Sequence record: SRR31156797_4985
Length of the DNA stretch: 51,011 nucleotides
Reading direction: 5' to 3' (one strand)
A program made the translations under genes and the position numbers. Under the pieces are notes generated by a model. The model was not told where the DNA came from, searched no databases, and saw only the letters and a list, made by a program, of their open reading frames with translations. Position 1 is the stretch's first letter. Every line of letters starts with the position of its first letter. This document shows, piece after piece, positions 17,414 to 28,253 of the stretch.

Positions 17414-17992
17414 TTATTTAAAAAACTCCGTTTCAATATATTGAATAAGAGAGTGAATAATTTGAATATGTAATTCCTGTATCCTATCAGAATAACCCTG
17501 ATGGGGTATTCTTAATTCAACATCACAGTTATCTTTTAAAACGCCACCGCTTTTTCCGGTAAGAGCCACTATTTTCATACCTTTTTCTTGGGCAACCTCT
17601 ACTGCCTTTAAAATATTGGCTGAGTTACCGCTGGTACTAATTCCCAGCAATACATCATTTGTATTCCCTAAGGCTTCAACATATCTTGAAAATATATGTT
17701 CAAAACCATAATCGTTTCCTACACAAGTAATATGAGAAGGATCCGAAATAGATACCGCTGCCAATCCTTTTCTGTCTTCTCTGAATCTTCCGGATAATTC
17801 TTCGGCAAAATGCATGGCATCACTCATAGAACCACCGTTTCCACATGAAATTATTTTTCCTCCTTTTTTTAAACTATCAACCATTAAATCTCCGGCCTCT
17901 TTCAACTTTATAAAGTTGTCATCGTCTGCAATAAAATTATTTAGAAGTTCTTGTGCTTCTACAAAATTTGCCTTAATGCTTTCTATGCTCAT
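17414..17992 (-). CDS. gmhA: D-sedoheptulose 7-phosphate isomerase
   Basis: [36 protein letters not shown]; start moved to ATG at 17992. Confidence 0.95.
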   Translation of the reverse strand: MSIESIKANFVEAQELLNNFIADDDNFIKLKEAGDLMVDSLKKGGKIISCGNGGSMSDAMHFAEELSGRFREDRKGLAAVSISDPSHITCVGNDYGFEHIFSRYVEALGNTNDVLLGISTSGNSANILKAVEVAQEKGMKIVALTGKSGGVLKDNCDVELRIPHQGYSDRIQELHIQIIHSLIQYIETEFFK

Positions 17993-18069
17993 GTAAAAAT
18001 CAGTAATTGTTCTATTTTTGGTAAATATACAACCGGATTTCCATCCTGAAAATATTTTCATCAAGATAA

Positions 18070-18864
18070 ATGAAACAGAAATTATACGATATTATTTTTG
18101 AGGCAGATACAAAGGCTGGAAAAGCATTTGATATTACCTTGATTGTCCTGATTATTTTTAGTGTTACAATAGTAATGTTAGAGAGTCTTCCGGGAAGATC
18201 AGTCCAGTTTTATAGAGTGCTAAGTATTATGGAGTGGGCGGTTACGTATGCCTTTTTGCTGGAATATGTTATTCGCCTTTGGGTAGTGCGTAAATCCTGG
18301 AAATACGCGTTAAGCTTTTTTGGAGTAATTGATTTATTAGCCATCATACCTTCATTTATAGGATTAATTCTTACAGGTACGCATATGCTGATGGTTTTAC
18401 GCGCATTGAGATTGTTGAGAATATTTCGCGTGCTTAAATTAACCCGTTATATAAATGAAGCATCCCATTTATGGAAAGCACTGGTAGCCAGTAGAAATAA
18501 GATTGGTGTTTTTTTGTTTACCGTTTTTATCCTTGTAATTATTCTAGGTACACTTATGTATATCATAGAATCGGGAAAGGGAAGCGGTTTTACAAGTATT
18601 CCGATTAGTATTTATTGGGCTATTGTAACTTTAACTACTGTAGGATATGGAGATATAGCTCCGGTAAGTGCTTTGGGACAAACATTGGCCGGAATGGTGA
18701 TGATATTAGGTTATGCTATTATTGCAGTACCAACCGGAATTGTTACCGCTGAGCTAACCAGAAAAACGGATGATAAAACTACTACACAGGTCTGTCCGAA
18801 CTGTTTGCAGGAAGGGCATGATAAAGATGCCCGGTTTTGTAAGTTTTGTGGAGAGAGATTGTAA
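18070..18864 (+). CDS. Voltage-gated potassium channel-like ion transporter
   Basis: S4 [15 protein letters not shown], filter TTVGYGD, C-terminal CPNC..CKFC. Confidence 0.92.
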   Translation: MKQKLYDIIFEADTKAGKAFDITLIVLIIFSVTIVMLESLPGRSVQFYRVLSIMEWAVTYAFLLEYVIRLWVVRKSWKYALSFFGVIDLLAIIPSFIGLILTGTHMLMVLRALRLLRIFRVLKLTRYINEASHLWKALVASRNKIGVFLFTVFILVIILGTLMYIIESGKGSGFTSIPISIYWAIVTLTTVGYGDIAPVSALGQTLAGMVMILGYAIIAVPTGIVTAELTRKTDDKTTTQVCPNCLQEGHDKDARFCKFCGERL

Positions 18865-18885
18865 AAAAAGAAAGAAAGAGAAAAA

Positions 18886-19380
18886 CTACTTTCTTTCTAA
18901 ATCCAAATAGGTGTAATTAAATTCATTGCTGTTGTCATTCGAAACATCTTCACGATAGTTTTCCTTCCATTCTGAGTAATTAAATTCAGGAAAGAAAGTG
19001 TCTGCATCATTGTAAAACTGATTGATAAGTGTCAGATAAAGTTTATCTGTTTTAGGTAAAAAAGCCTCATAGATAGTAGCTCCACCAATAATAAATACTT
19101 CTTTTTCATCTTTACAAAGCGCAATTGCTTCTTCCGGGGAACTTACCACCTCAGCACCTTCAATTTTCAACTCTGTATTTCTCGAGATAACGATGTTTCG
19201 TCTTTTCGGAAGCGGACCGTTAGGTAAAGATTCAAACGTTTTACGCCCCATAATAATAGGGTGTCCTGTTGTTAAAGCCTTAAATCTTTTCAGATCGTTG
19301 GGGATGTAAGCTAATAAATCATTGTTTTGGCCTATTGCATTTAATTTGGCAATGGCTACAATTATTGAAATTTGTGGCAT
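18886..19380 (-). CDS. folA: Dihydrofolate reductase
   Basis: IMGRKTFESL, LPKRRNIV, IIGGATIY, DTFFP. Confidence 0.96.
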   Translation of the reverse strand: MPQISIIVAIAKLNAIGQNNDLLAYIPNDLKRFKALTTGHPIIMGRKTFESLPNGPLPKRRNIVISRNTELKIEGAEVVSSPEEAIALCKDEKEVFIIGGATIYEAFLPKTDKLYLTLINQFYNDADTFFPEFNYSEWKENYREDVSNDNSNEFNYTYLDLERK

Positions 19381-19390
19381 AGGTTACGAT

Positions 19391-20185
19391 TTAAACTGAA
19401 ATATCTCCTTTAATATGTGGGTGAGGATCGTAGTTGCTCAATGTAAAGTCCTCATATTTGAAATCATCAATATTTTTTACATCCGGGTTAATATGCAGGC
19501 TGGGAAGATGACGAGTTTCGCGGCTCAGCTGTAGTTTTACCTGCTCAATATGATTATTGTAAATATGTACATCACCAAGTGTATGTACAAAATCTCCCAA
19601 TTCAAGACCAGTAACCTGAGCAACCATCATGGTTAATAAAGCATAAGAAGCAATATTAAAAGGAACGCCTAAAAACAAATCCGCACTTCGTTGATATAAT
19701 TGACATGATAATTTGCCATCAGCTACATAAAACTGAAATAGAATATGACAAGGAGGTAATTGCATTTCATCTAACTGACCAACATTCCAGGCACTTACAA
19801 TATGTCTGCGTGAGTCCGGGTTGTTTTTGATGGATTCAATTACCTGCTTTACCTGATCAATATATTCGCCATGAGCATTGGGCCACGATCGCCATTGATA
19901 TCCATAAATAGGACCCAGTTCACCATCTTCTTTAGCCCACTCATTCCAGATACGCACACCATTATCTTGTAAATATTTTACATTTGTGCTGCCTTTCAGA
20001 AACCAAATGAGTTCGTGAATAATGGATTTAAGATGAAGTTTTTTCGTGGTGATTAAAGGAAAGCCATCTTGCAGATTAAAACGCATTTGATGCCCGAATA
20101 CACTAATGGTTCCAGTTCCCGTTCTGTCCTCTTTAACAGCGCCTTCATCCAACACTCGTTGGCACAATTCAAGATATTGATGCAT
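19391..20185 (-). CDS. thyA: Thymidylate synthase
   Basis: [32 protein letters not shown]. Confidence 0.98.
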   Translation of the reverse strand: MHQYLELCQRVLDEGAVKEDRTGTGTISVFGHQMRFNLQDGFPLITTKKLHLKSIIHELIWFLKGSTNVKYLQDNGVRIWNEWAKEDGELGPIYGYQWRSWPNAHGEYIDQVKQVIESIKNNPDSRRHIVSAWNVGQLDEMQLPPCHILFQFYVADGKLSCQLYQRSADLFLGVPFNIASYALLTMMVAQVTGLELGDFVHTLGDVHIYNNHIEQVKLQLSRETRHLPSLHINPDVKNIDDFKYEDFTLSNYDPHPHIKGDISV

Positions 20186-20236
20186 AATTTTTACTGTATA
20201 ATTGCAGTGAAAAGTACCGCTTTTTTTAATTCAACA

Positions 20237-20244
20237 CAAAAATA
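20237..20244 (-). promoter_or_regulatory. -7 promoter box for thyA-folA
   Basis: TATTTTTG on the minus strand about 50 nt upstream of thyA. Confidence 0.5.
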
Positions 20245-20275
20245 GAAAATTATTTAAGTTTTAATAGATAGAGAA

Positions 20276-21382
20276 TTAGTTACTTGGTTTTAAATCTAAA
20301 AGTGTCTTTACAGGATAATGATCGCTGTAATTAACTTTTTTTCGCTCAAAATTAAAGGCATCAAAGCTTTTGTCGAAGAAAATAAAATCTATCCTAAATG
20401 AGGGCAAATTTCCGTTGTAGGTTCCTCCAAAACCACTTCCTGACTCTATGAAAGCATCTTTTAAATCACCTTTTACAGTTCTGTATACATAGGAAACCGG
20501 AGTGTCGTTAAAGTCGCCACACACAATAGTTGGGTAAGGTGAATTTTGAATGTGTTTACCAATGGTTCTCGCCTGAGTAGCTCTAAGAGAAAAAGCAACA
20601 TTCATTTTATTAAAGATGGCCATAGCACCTTTGCGTCTTTCTTCATCAGTTTTAAATTCAACGCTATCAATAAAATTATAGTTTTCTTCTTTAAGTCGAA
20701 TGGACTCCAAATGATTGTTAAAAAGCCGAACTTTTTGCCCCTTTACTTCTATATCCGTTTGCATACTAAAATTGGTAGTATTTTTAAAATGCAAAGAACT
20801 TTTACCAATGATTGGATATTTAGAAAAAGTAGCTAATCCATACTTTTTCCCTGAGCGTGTTTGTGAACTATATTCCAGATGTTTATACTTAAATTGTTTA
20901 AACTGTGAAAGAATATTGTTTTCGGAGTAATTGCTTCGTTTATTGTCAATGTAAAATTCCTGAATGCATAGCACATCAGGATTCTGGTCTTTAATTAATT
21001 GATAAATTTTTTGTGGTGTTGTTTTATCTCCTGTCCATAAGTATTTATCAAACATTCTAACATTGTAGGACATTACACTTAAGGGGTTCTCCAATGATGT
21101 TTTGTCTTTATTCTTTTTTCCGTTTAACTGAAAAACAGCATGCCATTGCGACCAGGTGAAAATTAAAGCAATCAACGAAAACAGCAATCTTTTTCTTCGT
21201 TTTAGAAGCCAGTAAATAGCAAAAAACAAATTTGTCACCCAAATAAATGGAAATCCAAATCCTACAAAAGACAAAAAACTGATATGCTCAGCGCTAACAT
21301 GTGCACCAATATATACCAACGTTAATAATATGATGGCAATCAGGTTTAAAATAAAAAGAAAGGTGCGGGCTATTTTTTTCAA
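20276..21382 (-). CDS. Membrane-anchored endonuclease/exonuclease/phosphatase family protein
   Basis: SYNV, CIQE, HLES, CGDFNDTP, RIDFIF, SDHYP; three N-terminal TM helices; TTG start. Confidence 0.92.
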   Translation of the reverse strand: MKKIARTFLFILNLIAIILLTLVYIGAHVSAEHISFLSFVGFGFPFIWVTNLFFAIYWLLKRRKRLLFSLIALIFTWSQWHAVFQLNGKKNKDKTSLENPLSVMSYNVRMFDKYLWTGDKTTPQKIYQLIKDQNPDVLCIQEFYIDNKRSNYSENNILSQFKQFKYKHLEYSSQTRSGKKYGLATFSKYPIIGKSSLHFKNTTNFSMQTDIEVKGQKVRLFNNHLESIRLKEENYNFIDSVEFKTDEERRKGAMAIFNKMNVAFSLRATQARTIGKHIQNSPYPTIVCGDFNDTPVSYVYRTVKGDLKDAFIESGSGFGGTYNGNLPSFRIDFIFFDKSFDAFNFERKKVNYSDHYPVKTLLDLKPSN

Positions 21383-21394
21383 AACAAAATGTTG

Positions 21395-22288
21395 TTAATT
21401 GTTGCTGGCATTAAACAAGTCGTCTTTTTCCTGTTTGGATAAACTATCGTAACCGCTCGTTTTAATTTTGTCTAAAATACGATCGATGTCGGCTTGTTTT
21501 CTCTTCTTTTGAGCATTGTACTCCATATCGTTCATTGGGCGCGAAGGACGAGAATGGGTAACTTTCATTTTTGGTCTGGAAGAAAAAGCACTGACCAGCC
21601 AATCCATAAAACGATTAAAACGAAGGGTGATATCTTTTCCTTTAATGATGCGCGATGCAAAGTATATTCCAAACAAAGTTCCACCAATATGAGCCAGGTG
21701 TCCTCCGGTGTTGTTAAAGGAGGAAATTGAAATTAAGTCTAACACCAACATACCAATAGCAAGGTATAATATTTTAACAGGTCCTAATAAAATCAGATGA
21801 ACTTTATAGCTAGGTGAATAACTGGCCGCTGCAAAAATAATAGCCATAACTGATGCTGATGCGCCCATCATAATAGCATTATCAGCATATAAGTACAATG
21901 CTGGAAAAACATTATAGGATATAATATATAATAGTGCTCCGGAAAGACCTCCCATAAAATAAACGCCTAGCAATTGGCGTGGATTAAAGTATTGTAAAAA
22001 GATTCTTCCAAACCAAAAAAGGTAAAGCATATTGAATAAAATATGGAAGAAATCGTAGTGTAAGAACATATAGGTAAATATGCTCCATGGTCTGAATAAA
22101 AGTGATGTAGGATCAGCAGGTACACTTAACCACGATTTAATTAACTCAACAATATATGGAAGCTGCATAAATTTAAGCAGTATATCCAATATCAGCATTA
22201 CTAAAAAAACACCTAAATTGATGTAAATGAGTCGGGTTAAAACACCTCCGTTTTTAAACGAATCCCTTATTTCATCTGCAATAGCCAT
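21395..22288 (-). CDS. Rhomboid intramembrane serine protease
   Basis: HILFNM, GASA, AHIGG; C-terminal IDRILDKI..GYDSLS domain. Confidence 0.93.
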   Translation of the reverse strand: MAIADEIRDSFKNGGVLTRLIYINLGVFLVMLILDILLKFMQLPYIVELIKSWLSVPADPTSLLFRPWSIFTYMFLHYDFFHILFNMLYLFWFGRIFLQYFNPRQLLGVYFMGGLSGALLYIISYNVFPALYLYADNAIMMGASASVMAIIFAAASYSPSYKVHLILLGPVKILYLAIGMLVLDLISISSFNNTGGHLAHIGGTLFGIYFASRIIKGKDITLRFNRFMDWLVSAFSSRPKMKVTHSRPSRPMNDMEYNAQKKRKQADIDRILDKIKTSGYDSLSKQEKDDLFNASNN

Positions 22289-22327
22289 AGTTCATTTATT
22301 TTGCTAACACCAATATATCAAAAAGTT

Positions 22328-23089
22328 TTAAAACTGTTTTCTTCGCCAGTATTTAATTAATATAAAACCAAACAACATTCCGCCCAGATGAGCCAGGTGA
22401 GCCACATTGTCGCCAGGATTATTGGCCATCATCATATATAATTCCAGTGCTCCATATCCTATCACAAAATATTTGGCTTTAACCGGAACAATCATATATA
22501 AATAGATTTGCTCGTTGGGGAATAACATACCAAAAGCTAACAATAAACCAAATACTGCACCTGAGGCACCAACAACTGGAATATTTAATAAGCGAAGAAT
22601 ATCAATTACAGAAGATAAATGTTGTTTTACTAAATCTGTTTCCTGCATTTTAATTCCATAAGTATAGATATCAGAAACAACTTCTGCAGGCAGAGATGAA
22701 GACAGCATTTTTACTCTAATAAATGCAACTAATACATATAATAAACCAGCACCAATTCCAGTGAACAAGTAATAAAAAAGAAATTTCTGAGGTCCCCAAA
22801 CTCTTTCCAATATGCGACCAAACATAAATAAGGCAAACATATTAAAAAACACATGAGTAAAGTTCGCATGCATAAACATATAGGTTATATACTGGAAGAA
22901 TTTAAAGTGTTCACTTCCTGGGGTATATAATCCCAAGATATCTTTTAAATCAAATCGGGTAAAACCAATTCCAGGTATGTTAACCCCATTCGAAAAAACA
23001 TACATGGCAAAAAAGGCCAGACCATTAATGATAAGCAGATTTTTTACTACTGGCGATATATTTCTAAAGAATGATCCTTGTTGATACAT
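22328..23089 (-). CDS. Rhomboid intramembrane serine protease
   Basis: HVFFNM, GASG, AHLAHLGG. Confidence 0.93.
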   Translation of the reverse strand: MYQQGSFFRNISPVVKNLLIINGLAFFAMYVFSNGVNIPGIGFTRFDLKDILGLYTPGSEHFKFFQYITYMFMHANFTHVFFNMFALFMFGRILERVWGPQKFLFYYLFTGIGAGLLYVLVAFIRVKMLSSSLPAEVVSDIYTYGIKMQETDLVKQHLSSVIDILRLLNIPVVGASGAVFGLLLAFGMLFPNEQIYLYMIVPVKAKYFVIGYGALELYMMMANNPGDNVAHLAHLGGMLFGFILIKYWRRKQF

Positions 23090-23176
23090 ATTATTTTCTA
23101 TTTTGATTCAAAAGGTTAACAAGCATTAAGCCAAAATGATTAATGTGTGTTTTATTCAATTCTTGATGTCAGAATG

Positions 23177-25087
23177 TCACTTAAAACGCATTTCAATCTC
23201 ATCGTTTGACAAAATGGAAACGATTGATTTGCCATCGGGTGAAAAATTAGGAACCTGACAAGCGAATAATTGCCCGACTAATTCATCCATTTCTTCATGT
23301 GTTAAAACCTGACCCGATTTAATAGATGATTGTCTGGCCATAGATTTGGCAATGCGTTCTTTTAAATCGACTTCAAGATTCACTTCACCGCTTTTATAGG
23401 CTTCAACAATTTCGTCGAGTAACAAACGAGGATTCATTTTTTCCATGTTAACCGGCATTCCTTTTACTTCAAAAATCTGATCACCAACTTGGTTTAAGTC
23501 AAAACCAAATAGCTGTAGTTCAGGTGATAACTCTTGAACAACGTGCGCGTCTTCCTGATTAAACTCCAGTTGTTCAGGAAATAAGCTTTGTTGCGTCATA
23601 CTTTGGCTCGAAGTAATGGATTTCATTAATCTTTCAAACAAAATTCTTTCGTGTGCTCTTTTTTGGTCAACCATCATTAAGCCTGACTTACCCGAAGTTA
23701 GGATGTACTTATTCTTAAATTGAAAATAAGATGATCCAATATTGCTCTCCGAAGCATTCATGCTAGTAGAAGGAATAGCTTGTTGCTCCGGTTGAGAGGG
23801 TATGTCCCAGTTACTGGTAGTGACGGTTTTAGCTTCCTCTCGCTCAAATGGCATTTGTCCTTTGTCAGACTCAAAATCGTTATATAGTTGTTCCCAACCT
23901 TTGGGAGATGGAGAACTACTTTTACCCGAGTAACTTCCACTTGAAGATGATGAATTTGAAGAACTAAGCGTTTTTGGTGTTTCGAAAGGGTTAAAAAAAG
24001 GATTTACTTCAATCTCCGGTTCTTCTTTTTCTGTTTCTTTATCGCTAAGTGGTATGTTTAACATATCGGCTGTATCAAAATCGATACTAGGGATCATATT
24101 ATGTTTTCCCAGACTTTCTTTAATAGTCGCATTTAATATATGCCATATAGCTCTTTCATCCTCAAATTTAATTTCGGTTTTGGTAGGATGAATATTAATA
24201 TCTATAATTTTAGGATCAACCTCGAAATATAAAAAATAGGCCGGATATGTATTTGGAGGAATCAGGTTATCATAAGCCTGCATGATGGCTTTATGCAGAT
24301 ATGGATGACGCATGTAACGCTGGTTAACAAAAAAGAACTGATCTCCTGACGTTTTTCTGGCAGATTCCGGCTTTCCTATAAAACCATGAATTTTTACGAG
24401 CGTTGTATTGGTTTCAACCGGCACCAGTTGATTGTTCATGGACTTACCAACCATATTTATAATTCGCTGACGCAAAGAAGATACCGGTAGTTGGAAAAGT
24501 GCCATGTCATTGTTGTGCAGGCTTAAATTGATATCAGCATTGGCTAATGCAATCCGTTGAAATTCGTTGATGATGTGACGAAGTTCAGTACTGTCCTTTT
24601 TTAAAAATTTTCTTCGAGCCGGAACATTATAAAAAAGGTTTCGAATAATGAAATTACTTCCATTAGGACAACTAACCACTTCTTGTTTTTCTATTTGCGA
24701 ACCAGCGATTACAAGATGAGTGCCGAGTTCGTCACCATGCTTTTTTGTTTTTAGTTCTGTTTGCGCAACCGCAGCTATAGAAGCTAAAGCTTCTCCGCGA
24801 AAACCCATGGTTCGAATGGCAAATAAATCGTTTACATTTTGGATTTTTGAGGTGGCATGTCGTTCAAAGGCCATGCGGGCATCAGTGGCTGACATTCCAC
24901 AACCATTATCAATAACCTGAACCAGGGTTCTGCCTGCATCTTTAATAATTACTTTAATATCGGTACTTCCGGCATCTATGGCATTTTCAACTAATTCTTT
25001 TACCATAGAACCAGGGCGTTGAATAACCTCTCCTGCTGCAATTTGGTTTGCTACTGAATCGGGTAATAACTGTATGATATCTGACAT
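23177..25087 (-). CDS. mutL: DNA mismatch repair protein MutL
   Basis: NQIAAGEVIQRP, DNGCGM, HATSK, GFRGEALASI, DINIHPTK. Confidence 0.98.
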   Translation of the reverse strand: MSDIIQLLPDSVANQIAAGEVIQRPGSMVKELVENAIDAGSTDIKVIIKDAGRTLVQVIDNGCGMSATDARMAFERHATSKIQNVNDLFAIRTMGFRGEALASIAAVAQTELKTKKHGDELGTHLVIAGSQIEKQEVVSCPNGSNFIIRNLFYNVPARRKFLKKDSTELRHIINEFQRIALANADINLSLHNNDMALFQLPVSSLRQRIINMVGKSMNNQLVPVETNTTLVKIHGFIGKPESARKTSGDQFFFVNQRYMRHPYLHKAIMQAYDNLIPPNTYPAYFLYFEVDPKIIDINIHPTKTEIKFEDERAIWHILNATIKESLGKHNMIPSIDFDTADMLNIPLSDKETEKEEPEIEVNPFFNPFETPKTLSSSNSSSSSGSYSGKSSSPSPKGWEQLYNDFESDKGQMPFEREEAKTVTTSNWDIPSQPEQQAIPSTSMNASESNIGSSYFQFKNKYILTSGKSGLMMVDQKRAHERILFERLMKSITSSQSMTQQSLFPEQLEFNQEDAHVVQELSPELQLFGFDLNQVGDQIFEVKGMPVNMEKMNPRLLLDEIVEAYKSGEVNLEVDLKERIAKSMARQSSIKSGQVLTHEEMDELVGQLFACQVPNFSPDGKSIVSILSNDEIEMRFK

Positions 25088-25103
25088 AAACGAAGTTGAC
25101 TAT

Positions 25104-25135
25104 AAAAAACAAAACATCTGTAAGTCAGATGTTTT
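25104..25135 (-). terminator. Terminator-like hairpin just upstream of mutL
   Basis: AAAACATCTG-TAAGT-CAGATGTTTT perfect stem (25111-25135) with a T tract on the minus strand. Confidence 0.65.
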
Positions 25136-25173
25136 TGTATATAATGGTGATAATTAAAGTTTTTGCAAAATGA

Positions 25174-25494
25174 CTACATATATTTTAAAATCCATTCGGT
25201 GCTGGACAAAAATAAATAGTAGAATAGAATAAATAATCCGATTAAAATAATGGCAAGACGTAGATTTGAACGTTTCTTTTCTTTTCTGGCTACATCAAAA
25301 TTACCATGAATTTTTCGTCGCATTTTACCTTTGATTCTCTCCTCTGTACTTCGATTATCTTCTTCAAGCTCTAACCCAAGTTCCTCTTTAACCCTTCTGG
25401 CTCTTTCATCGCGTTCTTCTTTTGCCTCATCGTAATATATCGGTGTATGGCTAAAAGTCCGATGTCTTGCTGTTTTAATAAAGGTAAATCTCAT
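25174..25494 (-). CDS. Conserved-looking small membrane-anchored protein
   Basis: FSHTPIYYD motif, charged middle, C-terminal TM; TATCTTTG box at 25562-25569. Confidence 0.8.
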   Translation of the reverse strand: MRFTFIKTARHRTFSHTPIYYDEAKEERDERARRVKEELGLELEEDNRSTEERIKGKMRRKIHGNFDVARKEKKRSNLRLAIILIGLFILFYYLFLSSTEWILKYM

Positions 25495-25727
25495 AACTAA
25501 AATCTTGTGTCAATAATGGGTTTGTAACAAACCTTATTCCATATTGTATGGAATCAACATACAAAGATACAAGTAAAAATTCACTATTGGAATTATAGAA
25601 ATTTTAATTTGATTGAATGACGATAATAGGATGTTCGGAACTTTGCTTATAAGCAGTATAACAAGTTTTTATAAATTTGAGATTTGACTTGAGAAGTTCT
25701 TTAATTAGTTAAACCAAGAGTAACTTA

Positions 25728-26108
25728 TTAATTAGTCCAAAACGAAATGTCGATGTATGCTCCATATAATAAGATGTCATCGTCTTCAATATCGGAACGT
25801 AAGCGACCTTTGATTTGAATGGTACGAATCTGGTTAAATTTATCAACCAATCTTACCTGAATTAACTGAGATGTATCTCCATTTATCCAATTATCAAATC
25901 CTGTAGTAAATTTAGGAACATCCACACCTAAAATAAGTGATTTAAACTTAGTGAAAGAACAATCAACACATGATTCAAAACCTAACACATTTTTAATTCC
26001 TTCTGATAATCGAAGGGAATCATCTTTTACATTATAAATCCAATATCCAACGGCTCCTTCCGTACCCGGAGCCTCACTGTACTTTTCCAAATCTGAGAGT
26101 TCAGGCAT
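25728..26108 (-). CDS. Stand-alone PAS/PAC domain protein
   Basis: GYWIYNV..LRLSEGIKNVLG (PAS core) and VRLV..RTIQIKGR..LYGAYIDIS (PAC). Confidence 0.7.
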   Translation of the reverse strand: MPELSDLEKYSEAPGTEGAVGYWIYNVKDDSLRLSEGIKNVLGFESCVDCSFTKFKSLILGVDVPKFTTGFDNWINGDTSQLIQVRLVDKFNQIRTIQIKGRLRSDIEDDDILLYGAYIDISFWTN

Positions 26109-26154
26109 TAATTTATTCTGTTTTCACTAAAATTGATAATGAAGCAATATACAA

Positions 26155-28167
26155 TTAAACTTTGTAATATGCTTGGTGCTTAAATGAATTTGTATCTAAC
26201 AAAAAGGCTACTTCTCCATTTCCTAAAACACTTGCAGCAGAAATTTCTTTGTGACTTTTAACTAACTCTCCCATTGGTTTTAGGACTGCCTGATGTTGTC
26301 CGACAATTTCGTCTGCAAAGATAGCAAAGCGATCATTATTTTTACGAACTACAATCATTTTGGCCATTTTATTTGTTTCTCCGTTCAATTCAAATTGTTG
26401 TCGAAGAGAAACAAATGGAATCAATTCTTTTTCGAAATCTATAGTTCCATGACGTAATCGGTGGTTTACATCGGTATATTGTTTTTGTGAACAAACCTCA
26501 ACATCAGATAATGGAATTAAGAATTTCATTTTACTTGAACGAACTAATAAGGTATCTAAGATAGCGATGGACTGCTGAAGTTTGATAGTAAACGATGAAC
26601 CTTGACCAGGTATACTGTTTATTTCTAGTTCACCTCTCATTTCTGCAATTTTTTGTCTAACTACATCCATACCAACACCTCTTCCAGACAATGAAGTAAC
26701 ACCATTGGCTGTTGAAAAGCCAGGTTTGCAAATAAGTGAATAAATATCTTTGTCGCTTAAGTTATTACTATCTGTAATAATACCTTTTTCAATGGCTTTA
26801 GCAATAATTTTTTGTTTGTCCAACCCTTTACCATCGTCAGAAATCTCGATAAAGATATTATTTCCTGAATTACTGGCTTTAAGGCGGATTGTGCCTTTAG
26901 CATCTTTACCTGATGCAATTCTGTCTTCTGGTGTTTCTATACCGTGATCTAATGAATTACGAAGCATATGCACCAGTGGTTCAGCAATCATATCAATAGA
27001 GCTTTTATCGAGTTCTGTTTCCATTCCATCAGTTACAAATTCTACTTCTTTATCCAAACTTTTAGAAACATCTCTAACCAATCGGCTAAATTTAGGTATC
27101 ATATCTCTGATAGGAATAAGTCTAATGTCTAAAGCATTATTCCTGAATAATTTTGAAAGTCGGTCTAGTTTTTCTATCTGAGGTCTGATGACTTCCAAAC
27201 CTTTTTCTGTAGAACTAAGGTTTAATTGAGAAGAAGTTGTAATGAGCTCACTAACCAAATACATTAAGTAATCCAATTTTTCAGAATCAACAGAAACCCG
27301 ATTCATGTTTTGTTTGATTGAAGCAATCAGAGAATCCGGATTGTTAACCTTAGACTCAGAAGCACTTACTTTGGGAGTTATAGGTGCTGTTTGTTGATGT
27401 GTTTGTGCATTTAAATGTAACTCTTCTTGATGTAAAAGCTCCTGTTGGTTCTGATCCATCTCATCCTTATTGAAGATATCAAAGTCTGCCACTTTACGAA
27501 TAATGCAGTATTCATAAACGAACATCAAGGCATCTTCAATATCCAAATCGTTAAATGATCCAACAATAAAAATACTCCACCTTTCTTCTTCTTCGGCTTC
27601 AACAGGAAGTGCATTGATGGATTTAATTTCACCTATTTCAGCTAAATCTTTAATGGCATAAAAAACGTTGATTCTTCTGTCAACAACACTTTGGTGAGTA
27701 TGTAAAATTACATTGTAAGTAACCGTTTTATCTTCTGTTTTAGGAGTTGGTTTAAGGCTAGGTTTTGAATTGTTTGATTTTAATGCATATGTGTTGCACC
27801 AGTTTATAAGCTCTTTTTGTCGGTTTAATAATTTCGGGTCGGTAATTTTTTCCTCCTTTAATAAAGCAAAAAGATGATCAACAATAACAAGGGTTGTATC
27901 CAATACATCTTTGTTTACTTCAAGAGCACCATTTCGAATCAAATCATAAATATTTTCAACGTGGTGTGTAAGATTACTCATTTCGTCATAACCATACATT
28001 CCACTCACTCCTTTAATGGTATGCATTACTCTAAATACCTCTTGGATAATATCCAGATCGGTTGGATTTTCTTCCAATTTTAGAATAATCATTTCCATGG
28101 AATTAAGCAGGTTGGTTGCCTCCTCAATAAAAAGATGTTTGAATTTTGAAATATCGTTGACGTCCAT
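26155..28167 (-). CDS. cheA: Chemotaxis histidine kinase CheA
   Basis: P1 FRVMHTIKG, P3 RVSVDSEKLDYLM, P4 HMLRNSLDHG / DDGKG / GFSTA / SGRGVGMDVV, P5 CheW-like domain. Confidence 0.96.
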   Translation of the reverse strand: MDVNDISKFKHLFIEEATNLLNSMEMIILKLEENPTDLDIIQEVFRVMHTIKGVSGMYGYDEMSNLTHHVENIYDLIRNGALEVNKDVLDTTLVIVDHLFALLKEEKITDPKLLNRQKELINWCNTYALKSNNSKPSLKPTPKTEDKTVTYNVILHTHQSVVDRRINVFYAIKDLAEIGEIKSINALPVEAEEEERWSIFIVGSFNDLDIEDALMFVYEYCIIRKVADFDIFNKDEMDQNQQELLHQEELHLNAQTHQQTAPITPKVSASESKVNNPDSLIASIKQNMNRVSVDSEKLDYLMYLVSELITTSSQLNLSSTEKGLEVIRPQIEKLDRLSKLFRNNALDIRLIPIRDMIPKFSRLVRDVSKSLDKEVEFVTDGMETELDKSSIDMIAEPLVHMLRNSLDHGIETPEDRIASGKDAKGTIRLKASNSGNNIFIEISDDGKGLDKQKIIAKAIEKGIITDSNNLSDKDIYSLICKPGFSTANGVTSLSGRGVGMDVVRQKIAEMRGELEINSIPGQGSSFTIKLQQSIAILDTLLVRSSKMKFLIPLSDVEVCSQKQYTDVNHRLRHGTIDFEKELIPFVSLRQQFELNGETNKMAKMIVVRKNNDRFAIFADEIVGQHQAVLKPMGELVKSHKEISAASVLGNGEVAFLLDTNSFKHQAYYKV

Positions 28168-28206
28168 GTTAATGTAATTTGTCTTTTTGAATAATCTTTA
28201 CTGGTT

Positions 28207-28234
28207 AAAAGAAAGGCCTTAATTAGGCCTTTCT
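28207..28234 (-). terminator. Intrinsic terminator between the MCP gene and cheA
   Basis: AGAAAGGCCT-TAATT-AGGCCTTTCT perfect 10-bp stem followed by T residues on the minus strand. Confidence 0.7.
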
Positions 28235-28253
28235 AATCTTTCTTGGTTGTGAT

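Noticed and set aside
17993-18064. N-terminal extension of GmhA
   Set aside because: It would occupy the divergent promoter region; the recognisable protein begins at ATG 17992
18862-18890. A-rich run between the channel gene and folA
   Set aside because: Low-complexity junction of convergent genes with no clear structure
21395-23089. Tandem rhomboid genes as a novelty
   Set aside because: mutL-rhomboid-rhomboid-EEP is a common Bacteroidota arrangement
23900-23975. Ser-rich low-complexity stretch in mutL
   Set aside because: Ordinary variable interdomain linker
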